A stretch of DNA of 63,668 bases, the filler included, from Octopus bimaculoides (taxonomy: Eukaryota): the NCBI RefSeq assembly GCF_001194135.2. It is 6 parts of 6 records of this genome, joined end to end, with 100 filler letters (N's around TTAATTAATTAA, not from the genome) between each part and the next. Parts side by side here need not be neighbours in the genome. Positions count along the whole stretch, not along the records: positions 40,916 to 58,164 come from NC_068994.1; positions 58,265 to 63,668 come from NC_068992.1; 4 more parts are not named here. One strand, given 5' to 3'. Of the stretch, positions 52,069 through 63,668 are shown in pieces (position 1 is the stretch's first letter; each line of letters begins with the position of its first letter). The notes under the pieces are model-generated. The model saw only the letters and a program-made list of their open reading frames with translations. It had not been told where the DNA came from and made no database searches. A program made the position numbers and the translations under genes.

Positions 52069-53040
52069 ATCATCATTAATATTATTATTATTATTATACC
52101 TATTTTTTTTAATTATCTCTATCACCTTTATCATTTTCTTTTATTACGACTTTTATCAATTTTATATCATAAGTGATATTTTATTTATTACATACATTCA
52201 TTATTTATTATTTAATTAGTATTTTTTTTTTATCACTTAATCGCTGGTAACCTTACTCGCTAACAAAGTCTTAATTTTTGATGATTTTTTTTTCCTTTAG
52301 TCTTAGTTGCTAGTTAGACTTTTTCTTCTTCTTCTTCTTTTTTCTCTTCCTCCAGTTAGTATTTTTAGTACTACTGCTACTTAATTAGCACCAATACACC
52401 ACTACTTTTTTTCTTCCTACTACAACAACTACTATTACTACCTCTACTACTGCGACTAGTATTTTTTTCCTCCTACTACTATTACTACCACTTCTACTAC
52501 TTCTACTAGTACTACTGCTACTACCACGCCCACTACTACTTCCTTCACGATTTGTAGTCAATTAATTTCACTCATCATAAGTAGTCCTCGTAGTTGTCCT
52601 TTAGTAGCTCTTCGTAGACTCTTAAACCAATTCTGTGATAAACACAAACACACCTACACACACCTTACATATATGTATTTATACATATATATATATGTCT
52701 TTATACGATATACTTATGTGTATAGTTGATAAGCCAGAAGCAGCATTTTCATCCGGGGAAGAAAAAAAAATCCTTTGTGTTTGGTGTGTCGGTGTTTTTT
52801 GAAAAATATGATTATAAAAGGATTTTTTTTGCTGGATGAAAGATTGCAGATTCTGGTTTGTCAATGGTGCACATACATTAAGTATGTCATATACATAAAG
52901 ATTTTATTCTGGAGCTGCTTCTCTTGTGTAATTCATATATACACCATACATATATATTTGTATGTATCTGTATATAGATTAATATGCACACGCTCTGTCT
53001 CTCTCTCTCTCTGTCTCTCTCTCTCTCTCTGTCTCTCTCT

Positions 53041-53285
53041 CTCTCTCTGTCTCTTTCTTACAGATTCAGAGACTCTCTCTCTGTCTCTTTCTAACAGATT
53101 CAGAGACTCTCTCTCTGTCTCTTTCTTACAGATTCAGAGACTCTCTCTCTGTCTCTTTCTTACAGATTTAGAGACTCTCTCTCTGTCTCTTTCTTACAGA
53201 TTCAGAGACTCTCTCTCTGTCTCTTTCTTACAGATTCAGAGACTCTCTCTCTGTCTCTTTCTTACAGATTCAGAGACTCTCTCTC
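53041..53285. repeat. 34-bp minisatellite (CTCTCTCTCTGTCTCTTTCTTACAGATTCAGAGA) x7
   Basis: The CAGATT(C/T)AGAGA motif starts at 53061, 53095, 53129, 53163, 53197, 53231 and 53265. Confidence 0.95.
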
Positions 53286-53496
53286 TTCCTCTCTTGCACT
53301 CTCAAGTGTATTTGTGTTTAATTTTTTTTCTCCTCTTCATTTCAGTTATTTAAGATATATGTATATGTGTCTTGTGTATACATATAGGAATCTATATATG
53401 TATATGCATATATATATAAATATGTATGTATCTTTATTACATACATATATGCACATACTTGTTCATGGACACACGCACACATTGGCACACATACAT

Positions 53497-53539
<43 letters not shown>

Positions 53540-53977
53540 CATTTAAATTTATGTTTCAGCTTCTTGCACCAAGTTTTGTATTTATTTTTGCTTCGTTGGT
53601 GAGAAAGAAAGAAAGAAGGAAAGAAACTGACTTCCTTCACTTTCACAACATATTGTTCTTGTTTTCCTCTTTTTTTTTCTTCTCCTTTTTTCCATTTCAA
53701 ACATCTTTAGATTTGTATAATATATACATAACAAACATGGAATATGTACTCCAGAGGTGTACTCGCCAGACAAGTGATTTGATCGGAGACTGTTTATTGA
53801 AACTAAAATGATTGCAGCATGGAAGACACCTATTAACCATTCAGAAACACACAAGAACTGTTAACTTCACTTAAATATTTTTCATTTGGTATCAAAATTT
53901 CCATTACACCAGCTGTGACCTGGTCACTGACATGATTCCACTGTATCTTATAATAAGTATTATGGATAGTATAACAG

Positions 53978-54011
<34 letters not shown>

Positions 54012-54689
54012 TAGGAGTTATTAAATACTGAAAACCTATCATGACTTGTGGCCTACCATCATCATCATTTAATGTCCAGCACAGAACATGGACGTTAAAT
54101 GATGATGATGATGATGATGCTGGGCCAAAGGTCATGATAGGTTTTAAATATTTAATAATTTCTTTACATTTTTGTTTTAAATTCACAATACCATACTACA
54201 GTATACACACACACACATTTAAGGGAGGTAACTCTACTCGGGATTGTATCCAAGGGAAGTAACTTTTATTAGCTTATTAAACAAAATGATGTCGAGTTGG
54301 TGTGTGTGTATGTTACATCAGTAGTTCTCAACCGGGGTCCCTATAAGATTTTGTTAAAATTTATGTGCAATAAATTGGTCATACTTCTACAATGCACAAA
54401 ATATTTTAACAATTTCTTTTGGGCAATTTTTAATAATATTTTGAACATCAAATAGCTAGGAGTGTCCATCTGAGTGAAATAGGAATCAAAGACGTCCATA
54501 GGTAAAAAAAAAATGGTTGAGAAACACTGGGTTAGATAAATAATAGAGCTTCTTGAAGGCTCTACTCCAGTATGGCCGAAAGTCCAATGTCTTGAAAATC
54601 TTTCACACCACTCATTCGAAGAGTTGGATGTAATCCTCAACATTATGGTTGTATGCCTTTTATTTAATTTATTATTTTAGGCTACAGGA

Positions 54690-54850
54690 AAGTGGTAAGC
54701 TGGCAGAATCGTCAGAGCTGTGGACAAAATGCCTGATGGTATTTTCTCATTGCCCTTTGAGTTCAAATACTGCCCTCGGTCAACTTTATATTTCATCCTT
54801 TCAGGGTTGATAAAATAAATTATGAGTCAAGTTTTTGGGCTGATGTTGTC
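54690..54850 (+). mobile_element. SINE family B, degenerate
   Basis: GGTAAGCTGGCAGAATCG head and TTTCATCCTTTCAGGGTTGATAAAATAA core. Further decayed copies lie near 15425-15520(-), 25415-25580(-) and 56690-56790(+). Confidence 0.65.
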
Positions 54851-56890
54851 GCTGATTCAAAACTGATAGACATTACAACGAAGCAGCAGTGGTTTTACAT
54901 GATTGGCCAAATATGTGACTACTCTGTGTAAAAACATTTCATGATTGAACTTCCTAGAACTTTCTGACTGTGCCCTATATAAAGGTGGGTTTTGGCTGTA
55001 ATCCCAGGATATCAAGACAGCCGCTTAACGTCTGCATTCTCATTCACAACCAGCTGATGGTAAATAGATTTTGCCACCATCAATATAGCACAATTATTGT
55101 CCAGTTGTGATGGACCAGCCATAGATTGCTATATACCAATTAAATTGCCATAATCCCAGCAGTATGTCTCTCCCAGTGTGTAATTGTTGCTATTAGTTTT
55201 TGTTCCATTAACAACACAGAAAACACAATGATCAGTACATAAACCTGTTAAATGTTACTTCTACATACAGACCTAGAAATACATTTTCATTCACCAGCCA
55301 GCAACAGACAAAAACCTATGGCATCTGGTGACCCAACATAATCAACAAACGATGACCACCACCAACTGTGCCAATGTAATCAACTTGATGCTTCCCATCA
55401 ATGTTGCTGGTCTTGTGCAAAAATTTAAGATAATCATGTTAAGCTTGGATTTACACGAATAACTATGATGAAAAATGACAAAACAATACAAAGACAAAAC
55501 ACACCAAAACAAAGCAATGTTTTTATATTTATTTTGCAATTTTTATTTTTGATTTTCTTTCAGTATTATCATTTATTATTTTTTTTATATTTCTGATCCA
55601 ATTCCAGTGTTTTGAATTTTAATCTTTTTCTTCTTTTTCCTTTTATTTCTTCTGTTTTTCTCTTCTTCTATGAAACAATCCAAACAAATCTCATTGGTTG
55701 TTCTTGATAAGATCCAGTGGCTAATCTAGTTTTAACAGATATGTGATGAAGGCAAGCTAGCTGAAACTTTGAAATCATCTTTTGAATATTAATAACTATT
55801 CACTCTACCAAAACGTATTGAGATACCCTTCAGTTTAATGTCAAATTCTTTTTATGTATAACCAAATGTAAAAACAAAGAAATACGTCCATACATGGTGT
55901 CTGTCAATTTGTAGACGAGTATGACCACAACTAACAAATTGTCTTATCCTAAAAATTAAAGACAATTGTTGTCAGCAATGCCTGTACTGAAGTTTAAAGA
56001 CAATATCAGCTTGCACACCATCACTTACAAAGACAAGTAGTCCATTTCTGAAAGAAGCGAGAGTAAGATCTCCGGCTTCGCTATGTGTTGGGTGTTATTT
56101 TGGAATTTCCTTCTCTTAGAGAGATAGACTTGGAGTCTCCCGTTTCCAGCTGTTGGACAGCCCTTGACTCTCCTGAGTTCATCCATCTTTTGGCAGGTTT
56201 TCTTCCTCATCCTGCAGGATGTCCTACAAAGATCACCCACCTTAACGAGCAACGCCTTGTAGGGTTGCTGGTGTCGTCACTGACAACCCAACCACGTGTC
56301 AAGTTTACTGGGTTACATTTTACCAGTGGCCTGACATGCATACATGCGCACACACACACACGCACACATCATACATACATACACACATGCACATATGTAT
56401 ACACACACATATATATAATTTATGTATGATATAAATGTCATGTGTATACATGTAAACACAGATATACATAAGATATATATACATGCTTTTCTTTAACTGC
56501 ATTATCCTAAATCTTAGCTGATGCTATATACTAAAACATATTATTGCAAATATGTTGCAATGTTAGCAATTAAGTTCAGCCCCATCCCCTGTTTCTCTCT
56601 CTTTCTCTCTCTTGTAACCTCTATCTGTCGATCTATCTATCTGGATCATTAATAAAAGGGTGTTGGCTTGATTAAAAAGGTACATTGGGTCAGTTGGTAG
56701 AGTGCTGGACCAAATGTTTTACAGCATTCAGTTACAACACATTATGCTCTGAGTTCAAAATCCACCCAAGGCCAACTTCTCCTTTAATCCTGTTTTTACT
56801 CGCTATATAGGTGTGTGTGTGTGTGTGTGTGCATATACACATCTATATCTCTCTCTATGTATATATATATGAATTTATTCAGGTACTTAC

Positions 56891-56928
<38 letters not shown>

Positions 56929-57012
56929 GATAATATACACATTAATATGTGTGTGTGTTTGTGTACTTGTGTCTAAATATATGTATATATGTACATATGA
57001 ATGTGTATATTG

Positions 57013-57051
<39 letters not shown>

Positions 57052-57061
57052 NNNNNNNNNN

Positions 57062-57092
<31 letters not shown>

Positions 57093-57881
57093 TACATACA
57101 TAAATGCGTGCATGCACGCACACACATGGATGTATAAGGTATTGAATATAGACAAAAACACATACACAATCATAAACATTTAGTTTATATATGTGTGTAT
57201 GTTTGTTTTCCTGCATGCATGCATCTATGTATACATGTGAGCGTGTGTGTGTTTGCGAAAGAGTCTCTATTGCAATTAATTTCTCGTCTCATGAGGGAAC
57301 AAAGCAATTACATCTAATGATTTAAGCTTAATTTCAAATTTTGATGCATGTTTTGAAAAATTACAAATTTTTTTTATGCTTTATATTTTCAATTCTTCTC
57401 AGTGTCACCATTGCACCAGCATTTTCCTAAATCTGAACATTTGAGTCTATTTTTATATCTCACTTTTTCTAAGAAGACATAAGTTTATTTGTAAAATTTT
57501 TCATCCATAATCTTTCCTTATATTCTTTCATAAGATGTAGGTGGCTTTATGTGTGTGTTTGTATATTGTGTGTGTATGCAGTGGGTATCAGTGTGAGAAT
57601 GTTAACTGATGAAAAATGATGTGTTGTATTGTGTCCCTTTACATCAGAAGGTGACTTAGCCAGTCGATAAGTAGAGATTGATAAAATAAAATAAGTATCA
57701 GTAAGATCAACAAAGGCCTTTGAAAAGCAGTGCCTCTGCATCATGGCTGAAACTAATGGTAAAGTATAAAAGGATATCCAAAACAGAGACAAGTACAAAT
57801 GTTCTCATATGGAAGGCTTGAAAATTGTTAAGAGATTTCTTTTTACATGAAACTATCTGTAGCCCTGTTAACCCACAAATA

Positions 57882-57917
<36 letters not shown>

Positions 57918-58264
57918 GGAATTAAATTTCACTCTTTTTTCTTTGTTTTCTTTGCTTTCTCTCTCTCTCTTTATTTTTTCTCAATTATCTCACCTAGTGA
58001 CTCTCACTCTTTTTACTGGTACTGGTATAGATGCAGGTATGAAATGAAATAGAGACAGATCTAAAATGATATTGATAATATTAAGAATAAAAAGCAACAT
58101 GTCTCACCTCACTTTATATTTTTGCAAGCTTCTGGGAGGAAACAAAGATATGTCACAGGTTTAANNNNNNNNNNNNNNNNNNNNNNNNNNNNNNNNNNNN
58201 NNNNNNNNTTAATTAATTAANNNNNNNNNNNNNNNNNNNNNNNNNNNNNNNNNNNNNNNNNNNN

Positions 58265-58578
58265 GGGGGGGGGGGCTAGTCTTGAGTGAATTGAAAACAT
58301 AATACTGATATCATTTGGATAATATTGGTGGAATATTTTCCACATGGTGCAAATAATGTGTCGCTCATGGCGGCGTTGCAGAGAATAGAGTTTTAGCTGC
58401 TTAAGTAGAGCCCAATAATCAAGTCCCATCATGCCATTTATTTTTTTAGTGGTTGATCTTTGTGACGCTTCCCTCTTCGTCATGTCTTGTTTTTTTTTTA
58501 TTTTTTTTTTTGTAGGGGGACCACAATGGGCAGCAGCACTCTAGCTGGGGCCTAGCGAATGTGAAGAAGAGGCTTAAT

Positions 58579-58580
<2 letters not shown>
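58265..58580 (-). mobile_element. CR1/L2-type LINE ORF2 C-terminal fragment
   Basis: FARPQLECCCPLWSPY, then after a frameshift QRSTTKKINGMMGLDYWALLKQLKLYSLQRRHERHII, the conserved post-RT pattern of this LINE group. Confidence 0.75.
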
Positions 58581-58637
<57 letters not shown>

Positions 58638-59970
58638 TATATATATGCATGTATGTATACATTTCCATGGTTGAGTATACTTGTATTTATATGTAAGTAT
58701 GTGTATATATTCATGTACGAAATATATCTGTCTTAATAACTATATATACGTGTATGTTCGTCTATATATGTACGTGTGTATATATTTATGTATGTATTTG
58801 TATGTATGTTCTTATATCTGTGCATGTATGTATATGTATGTCTATATATGTTTGATTATGTCTTATGTCCATCTGTGTTTTGTTCGTGTCGGATTTAATC
58901 ATTTTATTTCTCTATTCTATCATCTATGAATACACATCTTGCCACTCCCCATATACCTTTCATCATGGCGCACGCCCCCCCCCACCCACACACAGAGGCC
59001 ACACAAATTCTTCCTCATTTCTCTTGCCAAACTGTCCTCTTTCATCAAATTCCTTTCATCTTCAAAAGTGTTAATGACCTTGGTAAACGTTTTTGTTTAC
59101 GCCTTCTCCACGCTTCCTTATCCTCCCATCTCTCTTCTCTTTATCTTATTTTCGTTTTATGTGTCTGTGTATGTGTGTGCATGCGCGTGCATGTGTGCGT
59201 GTGTCTCTATATGTACAGACATACATATATATAAATATTTGTATATATATATGCGTACGATGTATATGTGTGTGTGTGTGTATGTATATATATATATGTG
59301 TGTGTGTCTGTGTATATGTATGTGTGTGAATATATATGTATGTGGGTATGTGTGTATGCGTGTATGTGTATAAGAGACGGGTATTTTTTTACTTTCCGTC
59401 TACCAAGTCTACTCAGAAGGCTTTGGTAGGCCCGAGACTATAGTAAAAGACACTCGGCCAAGATGCCACACAAACACACTCACACTCACACACATACACA
59501 CACACACACACACACGTATACATTATATGTGTGTGTGTGTATGTGTGTGTTTGTGTATGCTTATACATGTATGTGTCATACGTGTCTTTATTGTTAGATC
59601 TATGTTACCACTATCTCCATCTATGCTGATACATATGTTATGGCGATTTTAATTATCTATCTATGGGAAAAGCCCCTTGTATTTACCCTCCACATATTTC
59701 CTTTCTCAATGGTCATTCCTTTAAATAAATGTTATTCTATTATCAAATGAATTTCACTCATCTATGATGCCACTGTACATCATAGGAGAAACAGCTGTAC
59801 GTTAATAGTTTTCGTAAGATAATCATTTATTTTTTGTCATCTATTTATTAACATTATATACATACATATATGTGTGCATGTATGTGTTTGTGGGTGTCTA
59901 TGTGTGCGTGTATGTGTTTGTGGGTTTTTGTGTGTGCGTGCTTCTGTATGCAAGTATGTATGTATAATTA

Positions 59971-60852
59971 CGACGTGCATTCTAGAAGTTTTGAGACTTC
60001 TTAGGAAAGGCAGTTATGACTGTTCTAGATTATTCTTATTTTTCGTATATCATTACCATACATCTGATAAACTGAAATGTCCCCTTGTTTTATTCCCGGT
60101 TGAAAGATATCACTGTAACTGTACTCTGAATAGTCAGAGCTGACAAGTGTGTACAATACACTCAGGACATTTGGACGCTCGCTATGCAATAACATTTTGT
60201 GTTAAACAGGGCAAAAAAAAATAAACCCTCTGCAGACACAGGAAATACTCCAGACTTCCACATTTTGGGTGGTACAAGAGACTCAAGGCCAGTAGAGACG
60301 ATGTGAGGGAGAGTAAAATGTGTGAGCGGGAGAAGGACGTCAAAACATCAAAGCTGGTTGATAAAGGTTGCAATTTTCTTATGAGGACCGTCGGGTATCT
60401 TTAAAGACGGTAAGCATAGGGTTTGGTGTTACTCTGGCAACTGTAACTGAATTTTGCATGAAAAACTGAATATGTCACAAATTTGTGCTAAAATATTCCC
60501 TGTGTGCTTATCATCGTGCACTCTAGTATCCGACTACGTTACAGAAGTGGACATCGGACGATTCCTCACCCACCCTACAATCAGGACATTGCTCTGTCTG
60601 ACTTTTGGTTGTTCCTCAACTGGAGAAGAACCTCGGGATACATGATTTTAAAGATGCCGGAGACTGTGTCAAGAATCCTGGACATATTCACTTTGGAGAA
60701 CAATCATGAGGCTTTCAGGAATTAACTTGAGTCCTCAAAGAAGAGCATTGAAGTTAAAGGATTCTACTTAGAAGGTTGTTTAGAGATTTTTACTTCCTTG
60801 AAATTAATAAATGTATCTCCTGAAAAGGTCTCAAAACTTTTTCAGTCTATAT
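59971..60852 (+). mobile_element. Internally deleted, degenerate mariner element
   Basis: Reads RYAITFCVKQG..WYKRLK..EDRRVS..ILHEKLNMSQICAK, then jumps to IPHPPYNQDIALSDFWLF (the HPPYSPDLAPSDF motif). The ends share the inverted AAGTTTTGAGAC. Confidence 0.75.
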
Positions 60853-63668
60853 TAGGATGTATTAAAATTCATAAATTATACTCACTCTAGTTATAGTTAT
60901 AAATTGAAAATTGTAGTACATATGTGATATATATATTGTATATTTGGACGATAACACTACGCAACAATCTCGTACTGCAGGCAGTTTCACCTTGCTGCGT
61001 GTATATATTCAGAGAATTACGGTGTGCAGTATAATCGGGTAAACTACCGGTTATAACATATCAAGCGCTCGCGCTAGTATAAGTTACTGTATTACCCAAA
61101 GATACGATTACTGTATCACAGATATAGTAATTGTATCACAGCTAGGTCATGATATTGAAACACGTTGCAATGATTAGATAACATCCGGTACATTCGTTAA
61201 AATTTATGTAATGAAATATATTTATAAATAGGTTTCTTATGTCTACTATGAGATTTAATTTTATGTTAACGAAGTGAGAGCCATTTATTCATAGAGCAAA
61301 CTTTCTGTTGTCAAATTGAATATTCATAATTAAAGATATATCTGTTACATAACGGTTTCTGGCTTATGCTATAAAGTTATGAAAAAGTAATGACTTCTTA
61401 TCTCCGCGAAAATAACTGGATGAAAAGCATATATTCAATTGCAAAAGCTAGGGGATTGTCGAACCATATAAGAAAAACATAAATATTCTTGAAATTAATA
61501 CAAATATTTATACATTGATTTTCTATAGCAACTGCCGATAGAATTATGTCTATTGGATTCCGAGAAAATAGAAATGAGATATGGTTTTAAAGAGTTATTC
61601 AGAAAAAAAATTGATAACAACCTTGGCGATGAATGTTATTTTGCATTAATAAGAGAATATTTTTTTGCAAAACATTTATTTAATATACCAGACAGTAGCG
61701 ACTCAACATTCATTAATTATTAGAGACGGATGTAGTATTAATACCAAAAAGTAATCTTTTTATCCAACTTCACATGGATGTCTTGTTAGAGCATCAAGTA
61801 CTGCATAGCTTATATGAGATCCTCTTATATAACCGATTGGTGTATAAAAGCACACATATAGATTGTTGCAGGCGAAATTCGCCTGCCATGGGCGCCGGAT
61901 ATCGTATATCACGTGATTTTGGTCTTTTGGATCTCCTCAGTGTGAAGCAATATGCTTGTCAAATCTCGCTGCTACGGTATATAAGATCTTAACATCTTTT
62001 TAGACATTCATGTTTGTTTGACATTTATGTTCGAAGGCTATGAATCTGTAGTTAAATTATTTGCAAGGACGGAGTTTAAAATAGAGGAACGTCTAGAAAG
62101 GAAATTGTGTAGCGCATGAAATGTTGACGTATAATTATATAATTAAAAAATATTGGAGTGAACGATATTCATAACCATAATGAAAAACATAGACCCTTAT
62201 TCCTGTTTAGAAACAGTGCGATGTAACTATAAGCCATATATTATATAATATTGTTGACCAAGCTGTTGCCATTGAGTGTAATGATTTGGCTTACGTCAAA
62301 GACGATTTCGTATGTAGCAACATTTCGTAATTTATGTCAAAAATCAGAACTTTTACATTTATATTTACAATATTATCGTTCGTCTATAATTAGTTTCATG
62401 CATTGGATTGCGGCCATGCTGAAGTACCATGTTAAAGGGCTTAATCGAAAAAATCTAACCGTTTTCTTATTTTCTAAGTCTGGGCCGTACCCTATTGTTC
62501 TCTTATTCCAAACTCCAAGGTTCGGAAACATAAACTCACCAACGCCGGTCGTCAAAGCGATGGTGGGTAAGAAATACAAAGACACAAATATTTATATACA
62601 GAGTGCTTCCAAATTGTTGGTGTCTACCAGCTTCACTCACAAGGAATTAATCGAACTGGAGCTATATTAAAAGACACTAGTTCAACCTACTGTGCAGTGG
62701 GACTGAAGCGAAACAACAATGCAAGCTTCGTAACCAAATCGAAAAAAAAAGAAGAATGTTGATAGTTCCTAACCAACAAAGGTTTTGCATTAGTATAATT
62801 ATGGATATACGATCAAAATATGTAGATTAACATTTGTGTATCCTTGTATTGACAACATAGCTGAGTGTAACAGTAAAGCACATAAATAGAAATAGCAAAG
62901 CCCTTATGAGATGCAAATTCATCTAATCATAAATAATGCGTTACAATTGCATGGCACCTCACATTTCAAGATACAAAGAAATATATGATCATCTTGTCAT
63001 ATCAAATCCACTATAAGGTGTAGAAAATGAACATTTCTGCCACCTTTATAACAGCTGTGCCTGGAAGAGAAAACGTGATTGTTAAAGAGAGTAGAGCGGG
63101 AGGAAATTGAGAAGCCAGTAGAATTATTGAGTATGAGAAAGTAGGGTGAAATAAAGAAAAGAGGCTTTAGACCTTTGCCGGAATTGAAGAGTATGCGGAA
63201 AGAGCAGAAAGGAGATAAAATGAAAGAAGGAAGAAGGAAAAAGATAGTGAGACTGAAATATTTCAATGGAGTCGAAATGAAATGAGAGACAAATATTTTA
63301 CAAAAGAGTGGGAAATACAGAGGATCAAAGGAATAAAAGAATATTTTGAAAGAAATAGTGAGAGAAAATGAAGAAAAAGTACGTCACGTGTGTAATTAAG
63401 GCTGATTCCTATAGTTTCACATAGAAGCCAAGCTAGTGATAATGAAATGAAAATATCAGAGCAAGTGTGAAATGAAAAATAACTATAAGTAATCATTAAG
63501 AAACAAGACGAATAAACAGCTAAGTAGATAGCTATCAAATGCTTGAAACCACAGCTGAACATCACTTATGTGATATCCTGAAGACAATCAAGTCAGCCTA
63601 ACGATCAAGATAGCCTAATTGAAAACAAATAGATAGTATTGATGCTTTGCATTGCTTTGCTCACACAC

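Noticed and set aside
52545-52640. RRATK..GL fragment resembling CR1 ORF2 (-)
   Set aside because: Too short and frameshifted to support a call.
57547-57798. Signal-peptide-like ORF MYLSLFWISFYTLPLVSA (-)
   Set aside because: The start is TTG with an upstream stop, and it overlaps a decayed SINE family C 3' end.

Overview
This is an AT-rich, gap-riddled eukaryotic scaffold, almost entirely intronic or intergenic. The SINE families, (ATT)n/(TG)n/(TACA)n microsatellite load and N-gaps are consistent with an octopus (coleoid cephalopod) draft assembly; this is inferred from remembered repeat sequences, not from a database search. Nearly all listed ORFs are microsatellite or N-gap artefacts. The best gene signal is not in the ORF track: a + strand first coding exon at 14937-15089 encoding a signal peptide followed by a CAP/SCP/CRISP-type HNxYR motif, with an upstream in-frame stop and a GTAAGC donor. 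I could not find its later exons. A second + strand exon candidate (135-326) is phase-1 symmetric and rich in N-glycosylation sites. Mobile DNA includes a near full-length decayed DD34E Tc1 (23159-24696, ~180-bp TIRs), several mariner/maT-type relics, a mariner-derived MITE pair, two Penelope-like fragments, a CR1/L2-type LINE fragment and at least four SINE-like families. Structural oddities include a head-to-head tRNA-SINE hairpin, a diverged ~220-bp foldback, stacked SINEs sharing nested TSDs, a higher-order minisatellite and a 34-bp array of splice-acceptor-like units. I see no convincing new multi-gene system, and no CRISPR, rRNA or bona fide tRNA gene.
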